NCBI GenBank assembly: GCA_044224775.1
Contig: JBGAJU010000004.1
Location: forward strand, 18,084-82,083
Direction of reading: 5' to 3'
Source of the DNA: Flavipsychrobacter sp.
Lineage (GTDB): Bacteria > Bacteroidota > Bacteroidia > Chitinophagales > Chitinophagaceae
Length of the DNA stretch: 64,000 nt
Part shown: piece by piece, positions 48,132 to 56,013 of the stretch
How the letters are laid out: every line of letters starts with the position of its first letter
Position numbering within the stretch: position 1 is the stretch's first letter
Notes under the pieces: model-generated
Database searches by the model: none
Told to the model about the DNA's origin: nothing
What the model saw: the letters and a program-made list of their open reading frames with translations, nothing else
Made by a program: the position numbers and the translations under genes

Positions 48132-48695
48132 TTATGCCAGTTGGTTTTTGATAATAACCAGTTTGTTGCGCAGTTGCAACAGCGATTGTTTCAGATCTAT
48201 CGTTTCCACATCGCGTTTGTTCTGCGTTTTCAGTTTTGCTTTGGCGCCGGTTAGCGTAAACCCACGTTCCTTCACCAGGTGGTGTATCGCTCGCAGTTCC
48301 CGTATTTGTTCCGGTGTGTATAATCGGTCGCCTTTGCGTGTGGTGCGCACTTTCAGCTTGAACTCATTGGTCCAGAAGCGTATATGCGATGTCTTCACTT
48401 TGAACAATGTTGCCACCTCCCCTATCGAATAGTATTGCTTATCGCCCTTCCAATCGTCAGGCAGCTCAAACTTTTTTTCCTCCGGTGTAATTGCAACTTG
48501 CGGTGCTTCTTCTGCAACAGGCACAGGCTGAACTTCCACCACCGGTTCCACCTTCGGCTGCTCAACAACTTCTTCAGCAGGTGTCTTTTCCTCGGGCTTT
48601 GGTTCTTCTTTCTTCTTTGCACGGCTTTTCCCCACAGCTTTCTGCTGCTCAGGCACTATCTCTTCCCCAAAAAGCGTAAAAATACGTTCAGCCAT
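48132..48695 (-). CDS. MerR-family HTH protein with a Pro/Glu/Lys-rich N-terminal region
   Basis: C-terminal half YYSIGEVATLFKVKTSHIRFWTNEF...GDRLYTPEQIRELRAIHHLV matches the MerR HTH pattern. The N-terminal 90 aa are low-complexity. Confidence 0.75.
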   Translation of the reverse strand: MAERIFTLFGEEIVPEQQKAVGKSRAKKKEEPKPEEKTPAEEVVEQPKVEPVVEVQPVPVAEEAPQVAITPEEKKFELPDDWKGDKQYYSIGEVATLFKVKTSHIRFWTNEFKLKVRTTRKGDRLYTPEQIRELRAIHHLVKERGFTLTGAKAKLKTQNKRDVETIDLKQSLLQLRNKLVIIKNQLA

Positions 48696-48774
48696 TTCTT
48701 ACAAGTTACAAAATACTTTACAACTTAGGCATTCCTGCTGCAAAGTTGCATTTTTTTTAGCATTTCTTCTACGC

Positions 48775-48806
48775 AAAAGCGCCACACAATGTGTGGCGCT
48801 TTTTTC
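48775..48806 (-). terminator. Hairpin terminator, potentially bidirectional
   Basis: Stem aaaagcgccacac / gtgtggcgctttt with a T-run on the + strand and TTTT on the - strand. It lies just downstream of the ppiD-like stop. Confidence 0.6.
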
Positions 48807-48824
48807 TTATGGTTCAAATGCTTT

Positions 48825-51020
48825 TTAGAAATTATCCGCGTTATACTCCACCTCTGCTTTCTTCGTCATGGTCTGTTGCATCATCTGGGTTATAGAGTTC
48901 CTCAGCTGCCCCTCCAGCTGACCGCGCTGCTGTGGCAATATTGCATTCATAATGTTTGCATCAATATTGCCAATGTTGCGGGTCAATACGGTAATAAAGT
49001 AAACACCACCCTGCCCTTTTATACCTGCAGATACAGTGTTCGGCTGAAAGCCTGCGTTAAATGCATAACCAACAACCTTTGGCTCATAGCCCAGGCCGTT
49101 TATATATGCTGCGGCAAGCGTCATAGAATCAGCCTGGCCAACTGTTTGCCCTGATGCAGATGCTATACCATCCAAAGAACCCTGCCCGCCAAACTTCTTA
49201 ATAATCGCGTCAGCTTTTTTCTCATCCCTCACTTTCATTTCCAGCATGGGGCGGTTTGCTGCCGTCAAAGCTGGTAAACCTTTAGCTTGTACCGTTGCTA
49301 TCTTCGCAACCACATAGCGCTGGTCGCCCAGTTGGAACACAGAAGATACATCACCCACATTGCCTTTGTATACCCAACGAACTATTTCCCTTGAAGAGCC
49401 CAGGCCGTTAATGCTGAAGTTGTTTACTTTAATATTGTCGCCAACCCTTTTATCCAGACCTTGTTTTTTCACAGCCTCGTCAAACGCAGCTGATGTATTA
49501 TTTTTTCCTGCAAACTCGTTTGCTGTACCGTATATAGCTTTGTCCGTGCTGTCGCTTGGTGCCAGTATTTTAGCAATAGTACCCAGCTGCAACGATGGCG
49601 CCACACCTTTGTGGTCCATAATAACTATATAGTGGTATCCTGCATAGTTGTCGTTGCTCACGCTAACTGTTTTGCTCTCACCGGGTTTTCCTTCAAATAT
49701 AAAGTCGCCGAATTCTTTAGAGATGGTCGGGCGCTGCTGCAATGTAAACCAATACTCACCACCTTTGTCTTTGCTGCCCTGGTCTTCAGAGTAAATATTA
49801 ACTACAGAGTCGAATTTCGCGCCGCTGTTTATCAAAGCGATTGCGCTGTCTATCCTCTTCTTTGCTGCCGAGTCAGACAATATTTCCTGTCCGCGCTCTT
49901 TTGTGCGCACCAATATGTGTTTGCACTGTACTGAGTCCGGTAAGGTTTTCCTGTCAATTACTTTTGTCAGCCTGTATGAGCCGCTCTCGTAGTATGGGCC
50001 ATAAACTTCACCAACAGGCAGTGTCATGATCGTATCTGCAAACCTAGACATGAATGTCCTCTTATTCATATAAGCTTCAGAGAAAGCATTCACCTCGTCC
50101 GATTTACTGTTCACGAAGGTCTTGTTGTCTTTTGCAGCTGCAAAGTCGGCTTTTATTTCATTTAAAGCATCTACCTGCCGTGCAGTATCAGCAACTGCGG
50201 GAATGATATCGAATGATACATATTCTATGGTGCGTGTCTCCTGGTCTGTTTCATACTGCGCAGCATGCTTTTGCATGTAGGCTTTTATTTCCTCGTCAGT
50301 TACTTTAGCATCATTATCAGGTATAACAGAATATGGGATCTTCACATACCTGATAGCCGCCTGGCTGTTCTGCTCGTTCACATATTTCTTAGCCATAAAA
50401 GATGGTACATAAACAGAACCGGCAAACAACGAGTTGAATTTGTTTACCCTTGCCATGCGCTTCACATAAGACTTAACGGTCTCCCACTGCTCAATGATCT
50501 TTCCTCCCGATGGGTCTTGTGTAGGATCTTCAGCCATTGTCTTTTCAAATTGTTTGATGGCACCGGGGTCAAACTGTTGTGTTTGCGGGTTAACAAATAT
50601 AGGCTGGCCACCATATTGGAACTGCCTAACCAGCGGATCAGCATTTTCGCCGTAGGTCATTTCTTTTATTTCGTCGGCAGAAACTACTATGCCTAATTTA
50701 TCGCACTGCTCGTTCACCAGTTTTTCATAAACGATCATTTGCAGCACCTGCTCATTCATTTGAGAACGGGTTGCATCGTCAAGCGGGTTGTTCTTGTTGA
50801 ACATTGCATACAAGGTCTCATACTCTTTCACATGCTCCTGGTATTCCTTTGGGTCAACTTTGTCTCCGTTAACTTTTAATACTGTATTATCATTACTCTG
50901 GAAAAAATTTCCAAAAGAACCATTACGGGCATCCGATATGATAAATCCAACTAGCGCCAGGGCAATAAGTGCTCCGGCAATTTTGCCATACTTATTCCTG
51001 ATTGTTTGTATTACAGACAT
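48825..51020 (-). CDS. PpiD/SurA-like periplasmic chaperone (peptidyl-prolyl isomerase domain protein)
   Basis: N-terminal anchor MSVIQTIRNKYGKIAGALIALALVGFII. Central parvulin-like region (KHILV...). 731 aa. Confidence 0.8.
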   Translation of the reverse strand: MSVIQTIRNKYGKIAGALIALALVGFIISDARNGSFGNFFQSNDNTVLKVNGDKVDPKEYQEHVKEYETLYAMFNKNNPLDDATRSQMNEQVLQMIVYEKLVNEQCDKLGIVVSADEIKEMTYGENADPLVRQFQYGGQPIFVNPQTQQFDPGAIKQFEKTMAEDPTQDPSGGKIIEQWETVKSYVKRMARVNKFNSLFAGSVYVPSFMAKKYVNEQNSQAAIRYVKIPYSVIPDNDAKVTDEEIKAYMQKHAAQYETDQETRTIEYVSFDIIPAVADTARQVDALNEIKADFAAAKDNKTFVNSKSDEVNAFSEAYMNKRTFMSRFADTIMTLPVGEVYGPYYESGSYRLTKVIDRKTLPDSVQCKHILVRTKERGQEILSDSAAKKRIDSAIALINSGAKFDSVVNIYSEDQGSKDKGGEYWFTLQQRPTISKEFGDFIFEGKPGESKTVSVSNDNYAGYHYIVIMDHKGVAPSLQLGTIAKILAPSDSTDKAIYGTANEFAGKNNTSAAFDEAVKKQGLDKRVGDNIKVNNFSINGLGSSREIVRWVYKGNVGDVSSVFQLGDQRYVVAKIATVQAKGLPALTAANRPMLEMKVRDEKKADAIIKKFGGQGSLDGIASASGQTVGQADSMTLAAAYINGLGYEPKVVGYAFNAGFQPNTVSAGIKGQGGVYFITVLTRNIGNIDANIMNAILPQQRGQLEGQLRNSITQMMQQTMTKKAEVEYNADNF

Positions 51021-51055
51021 TGTAGGTTTGTGTTATGTTTAAATATTAAGGACGG

Positions 51056-51063
51056 CAAATTTA
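51056..51063 (-). promoter_or_regulatory. Candidate -7 promoter box for the ppiD-like gene
   Basis: The reverse complement reads TAAATTTG, 35 nt upstream of the ATG at 51020. Confidence 0.3.
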
Positions 51064-51777
51064 TGGGAAAAAATGAGATTTTGTAGCCTTACTCCTGTAT
51101 TTAAGACCTTTATTTTTAAATATAAAACTTCATATTATCTGCTTTCTTCTATTTATTGCTGGCGGTATTTTTTGCATGTGTTTTTTGTGTTGGTAAGCCG
51201 TTAGTTACCTCTTAATTCACAACTATTGTTAGCATCTCTATAAATATTAGTGTATTAATGGTGAAATATGTGTATATCTATATGAGTTATTACCATTCCA
51301 AGCCTTTTTTATTGGTAAATCATGTCATTTTGTTGAAATGTTGTGTAGTACGGATGTATTATAACAAATAATTACTGTGCGTTGAAGCCTCATTAAAACA
51401 GAATATTTTTTGCTAATGCGTTGATTTTGTCTTGTTATTACTCGCGCAGGTCGGAAAAATTTTTTTGAAGCTATTTTTCAAAGGACTGCCTGTGGATATG
51501 TCATGATTTCTACTGGAAAACAAGTCCATTATTTATCATAACTAATTAATAATCTTGTGAATTACGAAGTTGTTAGCTTTTTGCCGCGTTTTTTCACAGC
51601 CATCTACGAAATTCAGATTCCTGATTTTACCCACACTTCATTTAATTCACAATCCACACTATAACTGTTAGTTGTGTGTCTTTTCTGCTTTTTATAATAG
51701 TGTTTGTGCTTTGTAGGGTGTGAATAAACTTAGTTTCTCATTTTTGCAAGGAGAATAACTTTTTTCTTTCCTCGTTT

Positions 51778-51841
51778 CCACACTCCTAATAATAGTAGAT
51801 TTAGTTTTTTAAAAAATAAAATAGAATTATTAGGAGTGTGG
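51778..51841. repeat. Perfect 16-bp inverted repeat flanking a 32-nt tract of almost pure A/T
   Basis: Left arm ccacactcctaataat (51778-51793). Right arm attattaggagtgtgg (51826-51841). Confidence 0.9.
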
Positions 51842-51905
51842 GTAAGTTAGTTTTAAGGGTTTGTGAAAGATGTTTGCCATCATGTTTGAGGAAATGGTAT
51901 TTGAG

Positions 51906-51913
51906 TACCTTTG
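51906..51913 (+). promoter_or_regulatory. Candidate -7 promoter box for nadA
   Basis: TACCTTTG ends 9 nt before the ATG at 51923, which implies a very short leader. Confidence 0.25.
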
Positions 51914-51922
51914 TTGTTCGTT

Positions 51923-52918
51923 ATGCAGTTGAGTAAAATAAATGAAGTTGGTTTTCTTGATGTGGCCATTGACCCGTCTTTGGATATTTTTGAAGAGATA
52001 GAGAAACTGAAGAAGGAGAAGAAAGCGATCATACTCGCTCACTATTACCAGGAGCCCGACATACAGGACGTTGCAGATTATATTGGCGATAGTTTAGGAT
52101 TAGCACAAAAAGCTGAAAGCACGGATGCTGAGGTTATAGTATTTGCCGGTGTGCATTTTATGGCTGAAACAGCTAAAATACTGAATCCACATAAGAAAGT
52201 ATTGTTGCCTGATCTTAAAGCCGGTTGCTCATTAAGTGATAGTTGCCCGCCGGCTATGTTTAAAGTGTTCAAAGAAAAACATCCTGATCATTTGGTAATT
52301 TCATACATAAATTGTTCGGCAGGTATTAAAGCATTAAGTGATATTATCTGCACATCATCAAATGCACAATTGATAGTTGAAAGTTTACCTAAAGAACAGA
52401 AAATAATTTTTGCGCCAGACAAGAACCTCGGAGGTTACATAAACAAGAAGACCGGTCGGAATATGCTTCTATGGAATGGAGCATGTATGGTACACGAGAT
52501 TTTTTCATTAGAGAAAATAACAAAATTAAAGCTTCGTCATCCTGATGCAAAGTTGATAGCTCATCCCGAGTGTGAAGATGCTGTTCTGCAGATCGCTGAT
52601 TTTATAGGTTCAACTACGCAGTTGCTTAAATACACTGAAAAAAGTAAGGATAGTATTTTTATTGTTGCAACAGAAGCAGGCATACTACATAAAATGCGGC
52701 AAAATGCACCGGGTAAAACATTCATAGCAGCTCCTCCAGATAATGCATGCGCATGTAATGATTGTCCGCATATGAAGCTAAATACATTGGAAAAATTGTA
52801 TTTATGCATGAAATATGAGCAACCGGAGATCCTGATGGATGAAGAGCTGAGACTAGCCGCAAAAAAGCCGATAGACAGGATGCTCGATCTGAGCAAAAAA
52901 CTGGGTTTAAAAGCATAG
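51923..52918 (+). CDS. nadA: Quinolinate synthase NadA
   Basis: [30 protein letters not shown], and cluster Cys residues ([25 protein letters not shown]). ATG at 51923 preferred over TTG at 51911. Confidence 0.9.
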   Translation: MQLSKINEVGFLDVAIDPSLDIFEEIEKLKKEKKAIILAHYYQEPDIQDVADYIGDSLGLAQKAESTDAEVIVFAGVHFMAETAKILNPHKKVLLPDLKAGCSLSDSCPPAMFKVFKEKHPDHLVISYINCSAGIKALSDIICTSSNAQLIVESLPKEQKIIFAPDKNLGGYINKKTGRNMLLWNGACMVHEIFSLEKITKLKLRHPDAKLIAHPECEDAVLQIADFIGSTTQLLKYTEKSKDSIFIVATEAGILHKMRQNAPGKTFIAAPPDNACACNDCPHMKLNTLEKLYLCMKYEQPEILMDEELRLAAKKPIDRMLDLSKKLGLKA

Positions 52919-52939
52919 ATATTATTTGATAAAAAATAT

Positions 52940-52966
52940 TAACCCCTAACGGGTTATTTTTTTTTA
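52940..52966 (+). terminator. Rho-independent terminator
   Basis: Short stem taaccc / gggtta followed by a T9 run. Confidence 0.55.
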
Positions 52967-53013
52967 TTATGCAGATATTCCGTTAATTTAGCTCCAAAAT
53001 AAAAATTAATATT

Positions 53014-55014
53014 ATGAAGCATTTTAACGCGGTTAAAATTTTTTTACTTATTGCGATTGGCATAAGTGGCTCAGCTAACGGGCAAACATGGCATCCCTAT
53101 GCTTTTGATACAATTTTAAGCTCTGGGTTGAAAGTGAAGAACTGGTATAAAGATTATGTAGGCCAACGTGTTGCCTGCACTAATCCAAGTGTTGTGGCGG
53201 GTAACAAAATTTATACAATAACTAACGATGGTAGCGGTACTGCAGGCCAGTGGGGTGGTGCAATAACTACACCAATAGTTGATGATACTGTTGTTATGGG
53301 TATCCCTGATTCATTTGGTTGCAGCGCGTTCACGAACTTTGCGCAGATCAATGGTAACATTGCGCTTGTATGGCGTGGTCCTATCAGCGGTGCATGCGAA
53401 TTTGGTTTCAAAGCGTTGCAGGCACAAAATGCAGGCGCACGCGCTGTTGTTCTGATCAACGAATATCCCGGTGAAGGCCCAGTAGGTATGGGTGCAGGTT
53501 CTTCGGGTGCTTCTGTTACAATACCTGTTGTAATGATCGGAAACCTTGATGGTATTGCTCTTTCAGCAGCATATCACTCAAACCCACTGGGCACTGTTAG
53601 GATGACACTGACTCCATGGGGACAAAATTATGCGCACGACCTTAGCTTCTGCCCTGGTGGCATCGGTGTATGGCACGATTACGCTATACCATTCAGCATG
53701 TTAGGTGGCGAGAATCCACTGGCTTACAGGGCCCTTGGTGGTGGCTTCATAGCTAACTTCGGTTCAAACACAGAATCTTCAGTAAAATTAAAATCAACAC
53801 TTACCTGGAACCCATCTTCAGGTTCTGCATCTACCATCCACACAGATAGTATGTCGCTTTCAAGCTTCCCGCAAACAGACTCTGTTTGGGCTTTGTATGA
53901 AACAGCTGAGTACGACCTTCCTGCTATATCAGGTACCGGCCGTTATGATCTGACTTATAACCTTAGCGCAGCAACAGCTGATGACTTCCCATTTGATAAC
54001 AACATTACTCATAACTTCTTCGCAACTGATAGCCTTTTCTCTAAAGGCCGTTACGATTTCGCTAACGACCACGTTATTACTTCTAAGTATTATCGCGCAG
54101 GTGGTAACTACTTATGGGGCACACCTTACTACGTAACACGTGGTGGTGATGACTTCAAAGAGGTTAAGTTTAGCATCGCTGGCGCTATAGGCCCATTGCC
54201 TTCCGGCCTGACTCAGTACTTCTACATCTTCAAATGGAAAGACGGTACATTTGGTACAGGTTCTTTGGATAGCGCTCTTCAGGGTGGTGAACTTGAGCTG
54301 GTTGGTACTTGCTTAAGGACATTTAACGGTACCACAGATTCTTCTCAGGATTACTATACAACATCGCTTGTTACAGGTGACTCTACAGGTACTGCCTATA
54401 TCCCTGTAAAGATCGATTCTAACAGCTGGTATTATGTTGCAGCTGACGTTTTCCCGATTAGCTCTACTCAGCCAACTTTCCTTGGTGTTGACGGTGAATT
54501 GAATATGTTCCCACGTACGTTTGGTCGTAAACACTTCCATAACTATTGGGAGCTGTATAATCCTGCAATGGATACAGACAAGACAAACATGAGGTTGTAT
54601 GCTCAGAACCGCACATTCAGTATGCTGACATTTGGTGGTGGTGCAACAACAATTGACTCTACTGTGTACAACAGTCAGGTGGGCATCATTCCAAACCTTG
54701 CTATTCGCATATGGCCGCATACCGAGGATCACTCTGGTGTTTCTAACACAACCAAAGAAACAACTAAACTGGAAGTGTTCCCGAACCCGGCATCAGACTA
54801 CATAACTGTGGCGCTTGAGAATGCAGCTCCGGCGAAGAACATTTACTACACAATTATCGATGCGCATGCACGTGTTGTTGCCCGTGAAGCACACAACAAC
54901 ATTCAGAACGATAAGTTCACGTATTCAACCGCTAACCTGCCTTCGGGTAACTACTTCCTGATGGTTAATGTGGATGGTAAGCAAATGTTCAGGAAGTTTA
55001 CCATAGTTAAGTAA
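53014..55014 (+). CDS. T9SS-secreted protein with an N-terminal PA (protease-associated) domain and an unassigned central region
   Basis: Signal peptide. PA-like region NIALVWRGPISGACEFGFKALQAQNAGARAVVLIN...IPVVMI. T9SS CTD LEVFPNPASDYITVAL...GNYFLMVNVDGKQMFRKFTIVK. Confidence 0.7.
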   Translation: MKHFNAVKIFLLIAIGISGSANGQTWHPYAFDTILSSGLKVKNWYKDYVGQRVACTNPSVVAGNKIYTITNDGSGTAGQWGGAITTPIVDDTVVMGIPDSFGCSAFTNFAQINGNIALVWRGPISGACEFGFKALQAQNAGARAVVLINEYPGEGPVGMGAGSSGASVTIPVVMIGNLDGIALSAAYHSNPLGTVRMTLTPWGQNYAHDLSFCPGGIGVWHDYAIPFSMLGGENPLAYRALGGGFIANFGSNTESSVKLKSTLTWNPSSGSASTIHTDSMSLSSFPQTDSVWALYETAEYDLPAISGTGRYDLTYNLSAATADDFPFDNNITHNFFATDSLFSKGRYDFANDHVITSKYYRAGGNYLWGTPYYVTRGGDDFKEVKFSIAGAIGPLPSGLTQYFYIFKWKDGTFGTGSLDSALQGGELELVGTCLRTFNGTTDSSQDYYTTSLVTGDSTGTAYIPVKIDSNSWYYVAADVFPISSTQPTFLGVDGELNMFPRTFGRKHFHNYWELYNPAMDTDKTNMRLYAQNRTFSMLTFGGGATTIDSTVYNSQVGIIPNLAIRIWPHTEDHSGVSNTTKETTKLEVFPNPASDYITVALENAAPAKNIYYTIIDAHARVVAREAHNNIQNDKFTYSTANLPSGNYFLMVNVDGKQMFRKFTIVK

Positions 55015-55035
55015 AATAATTAATATATTAATTTG

Positions 55036-55066
55036 AAGACCGCGACTTGTTCGCGGTCTTTTTTTG
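55036..55066 (+). terminator. Rho-independent terminator
   Basis: Stem aagaccgcga / tcgcggtctt with loop cttgt, then a T7 run. Confidence 0.8.
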
Positions 55067-55231
55067 TGCCTGGTTTATTATTTCACGTGGAGCATAGCAC
55101 TATATTCATGTAGCTGCATCCAATGAGATAGAAGATTTCAATAGTTGCCCTGCCTTTAGGTCGGGAAATAATATAAATGAGTTTTTGGCGTTTGCCAAAC
55201 AATATTGCAAGCCAGGCGCCTATTAAATTAT

Positions 55232-55879
55232 TTAAGGAATAGTATAAACAATACCTATATTCAGGCCAATGGTTTTGTTAGCATCAGGAATAAAGAGCGC
55301 AGATTGGAACACCTCTATTTTGGTATTGATCTTATAGGTAACACCTTGTGTAAAGATGAGGCTGATATACTTTGTTCCGGCGTTCGCACTGTTGTTGGGT
55401 AAAACATCTCCGTTTGTTTGAGCAGACGTTCCTTTGCCATAATTGAAATTGTACTGGGCGCCCACGCCTACGTAAGCTTGTAATTTGCTCTTTGGTTTAA
55501 GCGGGTAGTATTGCATTGTAACAGGCAATGATATTTTAAAGGCATCTGCATCGCCCGGCTTGCGCCCGTATATTTTATCTATGCAGCACCGGTTAAGTAT
55601 CATGTTGTAGTTGATCATTGCTTCTGTTCGCAAATGGGTATTGATAGGTTTTGTAAACACAATACCCGTGCCGGATGTGAGGTTCGGAAAAGTTTTTTTG
55701 TTTGTGCTGAATAAAGCGCCCGTACTACTCTTGACTCCAATGCTGATCTTGTTTGGATTCTTTACATTGCTCCTCACCTGGCCATACGCATAGAACGATG
55801 GTGCTGAAACTATGCCTGAGCAAAGGATGAATAAACTCATTTTGTATAACAGCTTCACCATACTAAAATAACGATTCAT
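55232..55879 (-). CDS. Small outer-membrane beta-barrel (porin-family/OmpW-like) protein
   Basis: Signal peptide, alternating beta pattern and a C-terminal GLNIGIVYTIP-type strand. The start among M1/M7/M14 is uncertain. Confidence 0.55.
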   Translation of the reverse strand: MNRYFSMVKLLYKMSLFILCSGIVSAPSFYAYGQVRSNVKNPNKISIGVKSSTGALFSTNKKTFPNLTSGTGIVFTKPINTHLRTEAMINYNMILNRCCIDKIYGRKPGDADAFKISLPVTMQYYPLKPKSKLQAYVGVGAQYNFNYGKGTSAQTNGDVLPNNSANAGTKYISLIFTQGVTYKINTKIEVFQSALFIPDANKTIGLNIGIVYTIP

Positions 55880-55915
55880 TTCATAAAATATTGTAAAAGT
55901 TCGAGAGTATTGATA

Positions 55916-55931
55916 TGTTCCACGTGGAACA
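55916..55931. promoter_or_regulatory. Perfect 16-bp palindrome TGTTCCACGTGGAACA in the divergent intergenic region (candidate operator)
   Basis: Read directly from the sequence. It lies between the porin-like gene (start 55879, -) and mnmG (start 56014, +). Confidence 0.35.
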
Positions 55932-55999
55932 CATATACATCGGTAAGAGTTGGTGTAATTATTTGGGTACTTTTATATAGATATTACTTCTCTCCTTCG

Positions 56000-56007
56000 T
56001 ACCTTTG
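56000..56007 (+). promoter_or_regulatory. Candidate -7 promoter box for mnmG
   Basis: TACCTTTG ends 6 nt before the ATG at 56014. This is the same octamer as the one in front of nadA. Confidence 0.25.
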
Positions 56008-56013
56008 CGCCCT

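Larger units (their letters stand above)
51021..51922. other. Candidate chromosomal replication origin (oriC): AT-rich gene-free region with clustered DnaA-box-like 9-mers
   Basis: See findings. There are four 9-mers within one mismatch of TTATCCACA, at least five more with two mismatches, a visibly low GC content, and a gene orientation switch. Confidence 0.5.

Noticed and set aside
51830-52042. 70-aa minus-strand ORF spanning the right arm of the inverted repeat and the nadA start.
   Set aside because: It overlaps the well-supported nadA N-terminus and the AT-rich repeat. It is most likely a chance ORF in AT-rich sequence.
285-52966. Two terminators (285-317 and 52940-52966) share the core cccctaacggg, which could hint at a dispersed repeat element.
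   Set aside because: There are only two copies, the similarity is limited to about 11 nt of hairpin, and the flanks differ. This is most simply explained by coincidence between GC-stem terminators.
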